A stretch of 64,000 nucleotides of DNA, taken from positions 14,880,001 through 14,944,000 of the forward strand of contig OZ024752.1 in NCBI GenBank assembly GCA_964016885.1, read 5' to 3'. This DNA comes from Eledone cirrhosa (lineage: Eukaryota). Positions 30,001-43,159 of the stretch are shown piece by piece. Made by a program: the position numbers and the translations under genes. The notes under the pieces were generated by a model. The model made no database searches. It was not told the DNA's origin and was given only the letters and a program-made list of their open reading frames with translations. Numbering within the stretch: the stretch's first letter is position 1; each line of letters begins with the position of its first letter.

Positions 30001-33000
30001 TAGCCTAAACAATGTTTAACGCCATAGCCTAAACAATGTTTAACGCCATAGCCTAAACAGTGTTTAACGCCATATACTAAACAGTGTTTAACGCCATAGC
30101 CTAAACAGTGTTTAACGCCATAGCCTAAACAGTGTTTAACGCCATAGCCTAAACAATGTTTAACGCCATAGCCTAAACAGTGTTTAACGCCATAGCCTAA
30201 ACAATGGTTAACGCCATAGCCTAAACAGTGTTTAACGCCATAGCCTAAACAGTGTTTAACGCCATAGCCTAAACAGTGTTTAACGCCATAGCCTAAACAG
30301 TGTTTAACGCCATAGCCTAAACAATGTTTAACGCCATAGCCTAAACAGTGTTTAACGCCATAGCCTAAACAGTGTTTAACGCCATAGCCTAAACAGTGTT
30401 TAACGCCATAGCCTAAACAATGTTTAACGCCATAGCCTAAACAGTGTTTAACGCCATAGCCTAAACAGTGTTTAACGCCATAGCCTAAACAATGTTTAAC
30501 GCCATAGCCTAAACAGTGTTTAACGCCATAGCCTAAACAATGTTTAACGCCATACCCTAAACAGTGTTTAACGCCATAGCCTAAACAGTGTTTAACGCCA
30601 TAGCCTAAACAGTGTTTAACGCCATAGCCTAAACAGTGTTTAACGCCATAGCCTAAACAATGTTTAACGCCATAGCCTAAACAGTGTTTAACGCCATAGC
30701 CTAAACAGTGTTTAACGCCATAGCCTAAACAGTGTTTAACGCCATAGCCTAAACAATGTTTAACGCCATAGCCTAAACAGTGTTTAACGCCATAGCCTAA
30801 ACAGTGTTTAACGCCATAGCCTAAACAATGTTTAACGCCATAGCCTAAACAGTGTTTAACGCCATAGCCTAAACAGTGTTTAACGCCATAGCATAAACAA
30901 TGTTTAACGCCATAGCCTAAACAATGTTTAACGCCATAGCCTAAACAATGTTTAACGCCATAGCCTAAACAGTGTTTAACGCCATAGCCTAAACTGTGTT
31001 TAACGCCATAGCCTAAACAGTGTTTAACGCCATAGCATAAAGAGTGTTTAACGCCATAGCCTAAACAGAGTTTAACGCCATAGCCTAAACAGTGTTTAAC
31101 GCCATAGCATAAACAGTGTTTAACGCCATAGCCTAAACAGTGTTTAAAGCCATAGCCTAAACAGTGTTTAACGCCATAGCCTAAGCAGTGTTTAACGCCA
31201 TAGCCTAAACAGTGTTTAACGCCATAGCCTAAACAGTGTTTAACGCCATAGCCTAAACTGTGTTTAACGCCATAGCCTAAACAGTGTTTAACGCCATAGC
31301 ATAAAGAGTGTTTAACGCCATAGCCTAAACAGTGTTTAACGCCATAGCATAAACAGTGTTCAACGCCATACCCTAAACAGTGTTTAAAGCCATAGCCTAA
31401 ACAGTGTTTAACGCCATAGCCTAAACAGTGTTTAACGCCATAGCATAAAGAGTGTTTAACGCCATAGCCTAAACAGTGTTTAACGCCATAGACTAAACAG
31501 TGTTTAACGCCATAGCATAAACAGTGTTTAACGCCATAGCCTAAACAGTGTTTAAAGCCATAGCCTAAACAGTGTTTAACGCCATAGCCTAAACAGTGTT
31601 TAAGGCCATAGCCTAAACAATGTTTAACGCCATAGCCTAAACAGTGTTTAACGCCATAGCATAAACAGTGTTTAACGCCATAGCCTAAACAGTGTTTAAC
31701 ACCATAGTATAAATAGTGTTTAACGCCATAGCCTAAACAGTCTTTAACGCCATAGCCTAAACAATGTTTAACGCCATAGCCTAAACAGTGTTTAACGCCA
31801 TAGCCTAAATAGTGTTTAACGCCATAGCCTAAACAGTGTTTAACGCCATAGCCTAAACAGTGTTTAACGCCATAGCCTAAACAGTGTTTAACGCCATAGC
31901 CTAAACAGTGTTTAACGCCATAGCCTAAACAGTGTTTAACGCCATAGCCTAAACAGTGTTTAACGCCATAGCATAAACAGTGTTTAACGCCATAGCCTAA
32001 ACAGTGTTTAAAGCCATAGCCTAAACAGTGTTTAACGCCATAGCCTAAACAGTGTTTAACGCCATAGCCTAAACAATGTTTAACGCCATAGACTAAACAG
32101 TGTTTAACGCCATAGCATAAACAGTGTTTAACGCCATAGTATAAATAGTGTTTAACGCCATAGCCTAAACAGTGTTTAACGCCATAGCCTAAACAATGTT
32201 TAACGCCATAGCCTAAACAGTGTTTAACGCCATAGCCTAAACAGTGTTTAACGCCATAGCCTAAACAGTGTTTAACGCCATAGCCTAAACAGTGTTTAAC
32301 GCCATAGCCTAAACAGTGTTTAACGCCATAGCCTAAACAATGTTTAACGCCATAGCCTAAACAGTGTTTAACGCCATAGCCTAAACAGTGTTTAACGCCA
32401 TAGCCTAAACAGTGTTTAACGCCATAGCCTAAACAATGTTTAACGCCATAGCCTAAACACTGTTTAACGCCATAGCCTAAACAATGTTTAACGCCATAGC
32501 CTAAACAGTGTTTAACGCCATAGCCTAAACAGTGTTTAACGCCATAGCCTAAACAATGTTTAACGCCATAGCCTAAACAGTGTTTAACGCCATAGCCTAA
32601 ACAGGGTTTAACGCCATAGCCTAAACAATGTTTAACGCCATAGCCTAAACAGTGTTTAACGCCATAGCCTAAACAATGTTTAACGCCATAGCCTAAACAG
32701 TGTTTAACGCCATAGCCTAAACAGTGTTTAACGCCATAGCCTAAACAGTGTTTAACGCCATAGCCTAAACAATGTTTAACGCCATAGCCTAAACAGTGTT
32801 TAACGCCATAGCCTAAACAATGTTTAACGTCATAGCCTAAACAATGTTTAACGCCATAGCCTAAACAGTGTTTAACGCCATAGCCTAAACAATGTTTAAC
32901 GCCATAGCCTAAACAGTGTTTAACGCCATAGCCTAAACAGTGTTTAACGCCATAGCCTAAACAGTGTTTAACGCCATAGCCTAAACAATGTTTAACGCCT

Positions 33001-36000
33001 TAGCCTAAACAGTGTTTAACGCCATAGCCTAAACAGTGTTTAACGCCATAGCCTAAACAATGTTTAACGCCATAGCCTAAACAGTGTTTAACGCCATAGC
33101 CTAAACAGTGTTTAACGCCATAGCCTAAACAATGTTTAACGCCATAGCCTAAACAATGTTTAACGCCATAGCCTAAACAATGTTTAACGCCATAGCCTAA
33201 ACAGTGTTTAACGCCATATACTAAACAGTGTTTAACGCCATAGCCTAAACAGTGTTTAACGCCATAGCCTAAACAGTGTTTAACGCCATAGCCTAAACAA
33301 TGTTTAACGCCATAGCCTAAACAGTGTTTAACGCCATAGCCTAAACAATGGTTAACGCCATAGCCTAAACAGTGTTTAACGCCATAGCCTAAACAGTGTT
33401 TAACGCCATAGCCTAAACAGTGTATAACGCCATAGCCTAAACAGTGTTTAACGCCATAGCCTAAACAATGTTTAACGCCATAGCCTAAACAGTGTTTAAC
33501 GCCATAGCCTAAACAGTGTTTAACGCCATAGCCTAAACAGTGTTTAACGCCATAGCCTAAACAATGTTTAACGCCATAGCCTAAACAGTGTTTAACGCCA
33601 TAGCCTAAACAGTGTTTAACGCCATAGCCTAAACAATGTTTAACGCCATAGCCTAAACAGTGTTTAACGCCATAGCCTAAACAATGTTTAACGCCATACC
33701 CTAAACAGTGTTTAACGCCATAGCCTAAACAGTGTTTAACGCCATAGCCTAAACAGTGTTTAACGCCATAGCCTAAACAGTGTTTAACGCCATAGCCTAA
33801 ACAATGTTTAACGCCATAGCCTAAACAGTGTTTAACGCCATAGCCTAAACAGTGTTTAACGCCATAGCCTAAACAGTGTTTAACGCCATAGCCTAAACAA
33901 TGTTTAACGCCATAGCCTAAACAGTGTTTAACGCCATAGCCTAAACAGTGTTTAACGCCATAGCCTAAACAATGTTTAACGCCATAGCCTAAACAGTGTT
34001 TAACGCCATAGCCTAAACAGTGTTTAACGCCATAGCCTAAACAATGTTTAACGCCATAGCCTAAACAATGTTTAACGCCATAGCCTAAACAATGTTTAAC
34101 GCCATAGCCTAAACAGTGTTTAACGCCATAGCCTAAACTGTGTTTAACGCCATAGCCTAAACAGTGTTTAACGCCATAGCATAAAGAGTGTTTAACGCCA
34201 TAGCCTAAACAGAGTTTAACGCCATAGCCTAAACAGTGTTTAACGCCATAGCATAAACAGTGTTTAACGCCATAGCCTAAACAGTGTTTAAAGCCATAGC
34301 CTAAACAGTGTTTAACGCCATAGCCTAAACAATGTTTAACGCCATAGCCTAAACAGTGTTTAACGCCATAGCCTAAACAGTGTTTAACGCCATAGCCTAA
34401 ACTGTTTAACGCCATAGCCTAAACAGTGTTTAACGCCATAGCATAAAGAGTGTTTAACGCCATAGCCTAAACAGTGTTTAACGCCATAGACTAAACAGTG
34501 TTTAACGCCATAGCATAAACAGTGTTCAACGCCATACCCTAAACAGTGTTTAAAGCCATAGCCTAAACAGTGTTTAACGCCATAGCCTAAACAGTGTTTA
34601 ACGCCATAGCATAAAGAGTGTTTAACGCCATAGCCTAAACAGTGTTTAACGCCATAGACTAAACAGTGTTTAACGCCATAGCATAAACAGTGTTTAACGC
34701 CATAGCCTAAACAGTGTTTAAAGCCATAGCCTAAACAGTGTTTAACGCCATAGCCTAAACAGTGTTTAAGGCCATAGCCTAAACAATGTTTAACGCCATA
34801 GCCTAAACAGTGTTTAACGCCATAGCATAAACAGTGTTTAACGCCATAGCCTAAACAGTGTTTAACGCCATAGTATAAATAGTGTTTAACGCCATAGCCT
34901 AAACAGTCTTTAACGCCATAGCCTAAACAATGTTTAACGCCATAGCCTAAACAGTGTTTAACGCCATAGCCTAAATAGTGTTTAACGCCATAGCCTAAAC
35001 AGTGTTTAACGCCATAGCCTAAACAGTGTTTAACGCCATAGCCTAAACAGTGTTTAACGCCATAGCCTAAACAATGTTTAACGCCATAGCCTAAACAGTG
35101 TTTAACGCCATAGCCTAAACAGTGTTTAACGCCATAGCCTAAACAGTGTTTAACGCCATAGCCTTAACATTGTTTAACGCCATAGCCTAAACAGTGTTTA
35201 ACGCCATAGCCTAAACAGTGTTTAACGCCATAGCCTAGACTGTGTTTAACGCCATAGCCTAAACAGTGTTAAACGCCATAGCATAAAGAGTGTTTAACGC
35301 CATAGCCTCAACAGAGTTTAACGCCATAGCCTAAACAGTGTTTAACGTCATAGCATAAACAGTGTTTAACGCCATAGCCTAAACAGTGTTTAAAGCCATA
35401 GCCTAAACAGTGTTTAACGCCATAGCCTAAACAGTGTTTAACGCCATAGCCTAAACAGTGTTTAACGCCATAGCCTAAACAGTGTTTAACGCCATAGCCT
35501 AAACAGTGTTTAACGCCATAGCCTAAACAGTGTTTAACGCCATAGCATAAACAGTGTTTAACGCCATAGCCTAAACAGTGTTTAAAGCCATAGCCTAAAC
35601 AGTGTTTAACGCCATAGCCTAAACAGTGTTTAACGCCATAGCCTAAACAATGTTTAACGCCATAGCCTAAACAGTGTTTAACGCCATAGCATAAACAGTG
35701 TTTAACGCCATAGTATAAATAGTGTTTAACGCCATAGCCTAAACAGTGTTTAACGCCATAGCCTAAACAATGTTTAACGCCATAGCCTAAACAGTGTTTA
35801 ACGCCAAAGCCTAAATAGTGTTTAACGCCATAGCCTAAACAGTGTTTAACGCCATAGCCTAAACAGTGTTTAACGCCATAGCCTAAACAGTATTTAACGC
35901 CATAGCCTAAACAATGTTTAACGCCATAGCCTAAACAGTGTTTAACGCCATAGCCTAAACAGTGTTTAACGCCATAGCCTAAACAGTGTTTAACGCCATA

Positions 36001-38199
36001 GCCTAAACAATGTTTAACGCCATAGCCTAAACACTGTTTAACGCCATGGCCTAAACAATGTTTAACGCCATAGCCTAAACAGTGTTTAACGCCATAGCCT
36101 AAACAGTGTTTAACGCCATAGCCTAAACAATGTTTAACGCCATAGCCTAAACAGTGTTTAACGCCATAGCCTAAACAGGGTCTAACGCCATAGCCTAAAC
36201 AATGTTTAACGCCATAGCCTAAACAGTGTTTAACGCCATAGCCTAAACAGTGTTTAACGCCATAGCCTAAACAGTGTTTAACGCCATAGCCTAAACAGTG
36301 TTTAACGCCATAGCCTAAACAGTGTTTAACGCCATAGCCTAAACAGTATTTAACGCCATAGCCTAAACAATGTTTAACGCCATAGCCTAAACAATGTTTA
36401 ACGCCATAGCCTAAACAGTGTTTAACGCCATAGCCTAAACAGTGTTTAACGCCATAGCCTAAACAGTGTTTAACGCCATAGCCTAAACAATGTTTAACGC
36501 CATAGCCTAAACAGTGTTTAACGCCATAGCCTAAACAATGTTTAACGCCATAGCCTAAACAATGTTTAACGCCATAGCCTAAACAGTGTTTAACGCCATA
36601 GCCTAAACAATGTTTAACGCCATAGCCTAAACAGTGTTTAACGCCATAGCCTAAACAGTGTTTAACGCCATAGCCTAAACAGTGTTTAACGCCATAGCCT
36701 AAACAATGTGTAACGCCTTAGCCTAAACAGTGTTTAACGCCATAGCCTAAACAGTGTTTAACGCCATAGCCTAAACAATGTTTAACGCCATAGCCTAAAC
36801 AGTGTTTAACGCCATAGCCTAAACAGTGTTTAACGCCATAGCCTAAACAATGTTTAACGCCATAGCCTAAACAATGTTTAACGCCATAGCCTAAACAATG
36901 TTTAACGCCATAGCCTAAACAGTCTTTAACGCCATATACTAAACAGTGTTTAACGCCATAGCCTAAACAGTGTTTAACGCCATAGCCTAAACAGTGTTTA
37001 ACGCCATAGCCTAAACAATGTTTAACGCCATAGCCTAAACAGTGTTTAACGCCATAGCCTAAACAATGGTTAACGCCATAGCCTAAACAGTGTTTAACGC
37101 CATAGCCTAAACAGTGTTTAACGCCATAGCCTAAACAGTGTTTAACGCCATAGCCTAAACAGTGTTTAACGCCATAGCCTAAACAATGTTTAACGCCATA
37201 GCCTAAACAGTGTTTAACGCCATAGCCTAAACAGTGTTTAACGCCATAGCCTAAACAGTGTTTAACGCCATAGCCTAAACAATGTTTAACGCCATAGCCT
37301 AAACAGTGTTTAACGCCATAGCCTAAACAGTGTTTAACGCCATAGCCTAAACAATGTTTAACGCCATAGCCTAAACAGTGTTTAACGCCATAGCCTAAAC
37401 AATGTTTAACGCCATACCCTAAACAGTGTTTAACGCCATAGCCTAAACAGTGTTTAACGCCATAGCCTAAACAGTGTTTAACGCCATAGCCTAAACAGTG
37501 TTTAACGCCATAGCCTAAACAATGTTTAACGCCATAGCCTAAACAGTGTTTAACGCCATAGCCTAAACAGTGTTTAACGCCATAGCCTAAACAGTGTTTA
37601 ACGCCATAGCCTAAACAATGTTTAACGCCATAGCCTAAACAGTGTTTAACGCCATAGCCTAAACAGTGTTTAACGCCATAGCCTAAACAATGTTTAACGC
37701 CATAGCCTAAACAGTGTTTAACGCCATAGCCTAAACAGTGTTTAACGCCATAGCCTAAACAATGTTTAACGCCATAGCCTAAACAATGTTTAACGCCATA
37801 GCCTAAACAATGTTTAACGCCATATCCTAAACAGTGTTTAACGCCATAGCCTAAACAATGTTTAACGCCATAGCCTAAACAGTGTTTAACGCCATAGCCT
37901 AAACAATGTTTAACGCTATAGCCTAAACAATGTTTAACGCCATAGCCTAAACAATGTTTAACGCCATAGCCTAAACAATGTTTAACGCCATAGCCTAAAC
38001 AGTGTTTAACGCCATAGCCTAAACAGTGTTTAACGCCATAGCCTAAACAGTGTTTAACGCCATAGCCTAAACAGTGTTTAACGCCATAGCCTAAACAGTG
38101 TTTAACGCCATAGCCTAAACTGTGTTTAACGCCATAGCCTAAACAGTGTTTAACGCCATAGCCTAAACAATCTTTAACGCCATAGCCTAAACAATGTTT
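1..38199. repeat. 24-bp tandem satellite array (consensus TAGCCTAAACAGTGTTTAACGCCA), ~1,590 copies, open at the left window edge
   Basis: Directly visible 24-bp periodicity. Only point variants plus four small indels (+1 at ~862 and ~4511, -2 at ~14411 and ~34403). Ends abruptly at ...AAACAATGTTT|TACAATTC. Confidence 0.99.
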
Positions 38200-39307
38200 T
38201 ACAATTCGGAGAAACAACTGGATTTCTTGACACTGTCAGTAGGTATTGGGATATAGGTTTAACAAAAGAAATCTGGACACCACACCCAGATGCAACTCGT
38301 GTACACCAGAAGATGCTGTAGTTATCGGCTTTAGGAAATCAGCAAAATAATCTCTCCAACTTGTGAGGATGCACTTCTCTGACTGAGAGTAGAACCCCTG
38401 CCCATAATTATTCAATATAAATCACAAAACTTATCCTTTCCCTTATTATTGAAATGGAACATTAGGAAAGATCCAGGTTTACACACATTACTATCTGAAA
38501 TCATGTTTAAGCACTTGTCATTTGTGATACGTTCTTTACTCTATGTACTTCTCATTGGTGTCAAACTGAATCATTAAATGTTGTTTCTGCTGACGTTTGG
38601 TTCGTCTGAAGTTAGTTTCAGATTCATATAAGTTTTTATAATGTACATTCAACTTTGGTGTCTGTCTCACCCAGGCCGGACCGTATTGCGTGTGGAGCTA
38701 ACGTTTTACATTTTGGGTAGCACAAAAATGTAAGTCAGTTTTCCTATCGGTTGACATCACCTACACACACAAGCACTTAACAAACATCCACGTATCTGTA
38801 ACTGTCGAAACCCTATCCCGTGTTCCCTTGACATATCTAGCCTCTTAAATGTTCTGGTTTATATGGCCAACTTTAAACGACCAGATAGCATCCAATGTGA
38901 TTATATAGGCTTGGCAACAAAAGAACAAATGACACGAAAAGAATTACACATCATGCAGACATCTCGAGGATCTTAAACAAGGATAACAGCACTCAAGTGC
39001 TTTGTTTCACCTCTAGATCTTGAACGAGAGTGCAGCTTACTTCACATTAAACCGAACACGCTGAATAGAGCCACACACATTTACTGTTCCTCAGTGCCGT
39101 AACAGTGACGTCTGATTCTGTGAGAGCTTACATCCGCTGCAACAACCAAAGATATCAATCTGAATTCAATCAGAGTTTCACGAAGTAAATACACCATGTC
39201 ATTATAACTGACATGGTCAATATTTTTGCTAACATATAAAACTAAACTCTCTCGTCATATAATAGAGCGATACACTCATAGATACTTGTCACCGACAGAT
39301 AGAGCAA

Positions 39308-39328
39308 TATATATATATATACGAGCAC

Positions 39329-39410
<82 letters not shown>

Positions 39411-39600
39411 ATGCGTGTATATGTATGTATGTATATGTATGTATATATATGTGTGTATATATATGTGTGTATATATACAGTATGTATATATACAGTATAT
39501 ATATACAGTATGTATATATACAGTAAGTATATATACAATATGTATGTATACAGTAAGTATATATACAGTATGTATATATACAATATGTATATATATACAT
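39308..39600. repeat. Compound (TA)n/(TATG)n microsatellite with TACA(G/A)TATGTATA subunits
   Basis: Visible low-complexity tract. Confidence 0.95.
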
Positions 39601-39861
39601 ATTGCTCTCTTCAACATCACACCAGGACACGTCAAAACAGAAACTGACCACACAAAATTCAAGAAGTCTTTGGACAAATTCCTCCAAGTAATCCCGGACA
39701 AACCACCCACACCCGGATATGTCTCCGCAAACAGTAATTCTCTTCTCGAATGGGCCATGGTGCCCAAATCCTGAATTGAAAGACTTCGCCAGGTGGTGCT
39801 ATTAAGTTAGACATGGCCTGGGCCAATACTGGCCAAAACATTTCAAAGTTATTCAAAGTTA
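39601..39861 (+). mobile_element. 5'-truncated CR1-group LINE: ORF2 C-terminus, 3' UTR and short tandem tail
   Basis: Translation [50 protein letters not shown] matches the CR1-type ORF2 end (LFN.LP...FK..LD.FL..IPD.P...SNSL). Ends in (TTCAAAGTTA)x2 at 39842-39861. Confidence 0.8.
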
Positions 39862-40143
39862 TATACAATATGTATATATACAATATGTATATATACAATA
39901 TATATATATATACAATATATATATATAGAGATTATGTATATATACAGTATGTATATATACAGTATGTATATATACAGTATGTGTATATACAGTATGTGTA
40001 TATACAGTATGTGTATGTATATGTATATGTATGTATATATATGTATGTATATGTATGTATGTGTATGTATGTATATATATGTGTATGTATATATATATAT
40101 GTGTATGTATGTATGTATATATGTATGTATGTATATATGTATG

Positions 40144-40178
<35 letters not shown>

Positions 40179-40467
40179 GTATGTACAAATATATGTATCT
40201 ATATATATATGTATGTACATATATATGTATGTATATATATATGTATGCATATATATATGTATGTATAAGTATGTATATATATGTATATGTATGTATGTAT
40301 ATGTATGTATGTATATGTATGTATGTATATATGTATGTGTATATGTATATGTATGTATATATGTATATGTATGTATATAAGTATATGTATATATGTATAT
40401 GTATGTATATGTATATATGTATATGTATATATGTATATGTATGTATGTATATATGTATATGTATGTA
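39862..40467. repeat. Compound (TA)n/(TATG)n microsatellite
   Basis: Visible low-complexity tract. Source of the Y/I/M/C/V-rich spurious ORFs. Confidence 0.95.
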
Positions 40468-40469
40468 TC

Positions 40470-40689
40470 TTTAGCGATCGACTTTCGTCAAATCGGACCG
40501 AGGGAACAATGTTTCCGTCGGTCTTTCCAATTGCTAATACTATCTATCGGTCGCAACTCCATGTAGAAGAGTCAACGTAAAATAAAGTGTCTTGCTCAAG
40601 GACATAACGCATCACCTGGTCCAGGAATCGAACTCACAACCTTACGATTGCGAATCGAATTCTCTAACCACTCAGCCACGCGCCTTCAC
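40470..40689 (-). mobile_element. tRNA-derived SINE with CORE-like domain
   Basis: Minus strand has Pol III A box TGGCTGAGTGG (40668-40678) and B box AGTTCGATTCC (40624-40634), followed by CCTTGAGCAAGACACTTTA resembling the CORE domain. Confidence 0.8.
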
Positions 40690-40801
40690 ATATGTATGTA
40701 TGTATATATGTATATGTATGTATATATATATGTATATGTATGTATATATATATATGTATGTATATGTATATGTGTATGTATGTATATATATATATGTATA
40801 T

Positions 40802-40835
<34 letters not shown>

Positions 40836-40991
40836 GTATGTATATATATATATGTATATATATATATGTATATGTATGTATATATATATATGTATATATA
40901 TATATGTATATGTATGTATATATATATATGTATATGTATATATATCTGTATGTATATATGTATATGTATATGTATATATGTATATATATAT
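40690..40991. repeat. (TA)n/(TATG)n microsatellite
   Basis: Visible low-complexity tract. Confidence 0.95.
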
Positions 40992-41478
40992 GTTTACCGG
41001 GGTAAACCGCCTTGGCTGGCGGGCCGGACGGGTCTGAAACGCCCTCCCGCGAGTTAGATAGGGTATGCCTGCCCCTGCATGCGAAGACTGGACAAAGGCG
41101 GCGACAGCAAGCGGCGTGGAGCGCTAGGGCACGGCAAGGCACTACAGGCATCGTGGCCATCCACTGCAGCCAAGGATGTCCCTGGTCGTGACGGTCCTCA
41201 GGATTATGACTTCTGCGGCCGAGTGAGTGGACCGTCATTGTGCACTGGCCCTACCACTATAAACCTTTCCCGAGACAGATTTCTACTTTAGCATGCACTC
41301 CCAAAGCCCTGCGGCGATGGTCAGCAGCTGCCCCAAGCGACCCCGGTTTCTTCCCCTGCTCCCACTGTCCCCGGACCTGAAAGTCAAGGATCGGCGTCCA
41401 CAGCCACCTCCGCGCTCACACCAGACGGGAACAAAAATGAAAATGTCATCTTCGTTTACTATGGACAACCAAGACCCG

Positions 41479-41480
<2 letters not shown>
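40992..41480 (+). mobile_element. GC-rich insert, probably the 5' UTR of an RTE/BovB-like LINE
   Basis: Sharp GC/CpG-rich island between two TA microsatellites. Segments GCGTGGAGCGCT...GGCCATCCACTGCA...GTGCAC...CACT resemble RTE-clade 5' UTRs as I recall them. No convincing ORF. Confidence 0.4.
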
Positions 41481-41574
<94 letters not shown>

Positions 41575-41615
41575 ATATATATCTGAATATATGTATATAT
41601 GTATATATATATAGG

Positions 41616-41649
<34 letters not shown>

Positions 41650-41663
41650 TATCTGTTTATATG

Positions 41664-41696
<33 letters not shown>

Positions 41697-41977
41697 AGGT
41701 ATATATACATATGTATATATGTGTATATATATGTATTTATGTATATATATTTATATATATTTATGTATATATATATATATGCATATATATATGTATTTAT
41801 GCATATATATGTATTTATATATATATATATGTATATATATATGTATGTATTTATATATACATATATATATGTATATATATATGTATGTATTTATATATAC
41901 ATATATATATGTATATATATATGTATGTATTTATTTATATATATATGTATATATATATATGTATGTATATATGTATG

Positions 41978-42027
<50 letters not shown>

Positions 42028-42977
42028 TGTATATATATATGTATATATATATGTATATATATATGTATATATATATGTATGTATATATATATATGTATAT
42101 ATATGTATGTATATATATGTATATATATATATGCATATATATATATGTATATATATATATATGCATATATATATATGCATGTATATATATGCATGTATAT
42201 ATATGCATGTATATATATGCATGTATATATATGCATGTATATATATGCATGTATATATATGCATGTATATATATGTATGTATGTATGTATATATATATGT
42301 ATGTATATATGTATATATATATATGTATGTATATATGTATGTATATATATATGTATGTATGTATATATGTATGTATATATATATATGTATGTATGCATAT
42401 ATGTATGTATATATATATGTATATATATATATGTATGTATGCATATATGTATGTATATATATATGTATGTATATATATATGTATGCATATATATATATAT
42501 GTATATATATATATATGTACGTATATATATATGTATGTATATATATATGTATGTTTATACGTATGTATATATATATGTATGTTTATATGTATGTATATAT
42601 ATATGTATGTTTATATATATGTATATATATATATGTATGTATATATATATATGTATGTTTATATATATGTATATATATATATGTATGTATATATATATAT
42701 ATGTATGTTTATATATATATATATATATATATAGGTATGTATGTATATATGTATGTATATGTATGTATGTATATGTATATATATATGTGTGTATGTATGT
42801 ATATGTATATATATATGTATGTATATGTATATATATGTATATATATGTATGTATATATATATACATTTATGATATATGTATATGTATGTGTGTATATGTA
42901 TATGTATGTATGTATATATATATATGTATATATATATATTTATGATATATGTATATGTATGTGTGTATATGTATATG

Positions 42978-43009
<32 letters not shown>

Positions 43010-43109
43010 TATATTTATGTTATATGTGTATGTATGTGTGTATATATATATATGTATATGTATATATATATGTATATATGCATATATATATATGTGTGTG
43101 TGCACAGTT

Positions 43110-43158
<49 letters not shown>
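41481..43158. repeat. ~1.7-kb compound (TA)n/(TATG)n/(TATGCA)n microsatellite
   Basis: Visible. Explains the 350-490 aa low-complexity ORFs. Confidence 0.97.

Positions 43159-43159
<1 letters not shown>

Noticed and set aside
1-38199. CRISPR array (24-bp partly palindromic repeat)
   Set aside because: Units are head-to-tail with no spacers, there are no cas genes, and the context is eukaryotic.
13976-38217. ORFs of 149-996 aa made of CLGYGVKH repeats as real CDS
   Set aside because: They are translations of the 24-bp satellite. Starts and stops are satellite point variants or indels, and there is no unique N- or C-terminal domain.
40600-40689. tRNA gene
   Set aside because: A and B boxes are present, but there is no acceptor-stem closure and the sequence runs into a CORE-like SINE body. 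The same applies to the other SINE heads.
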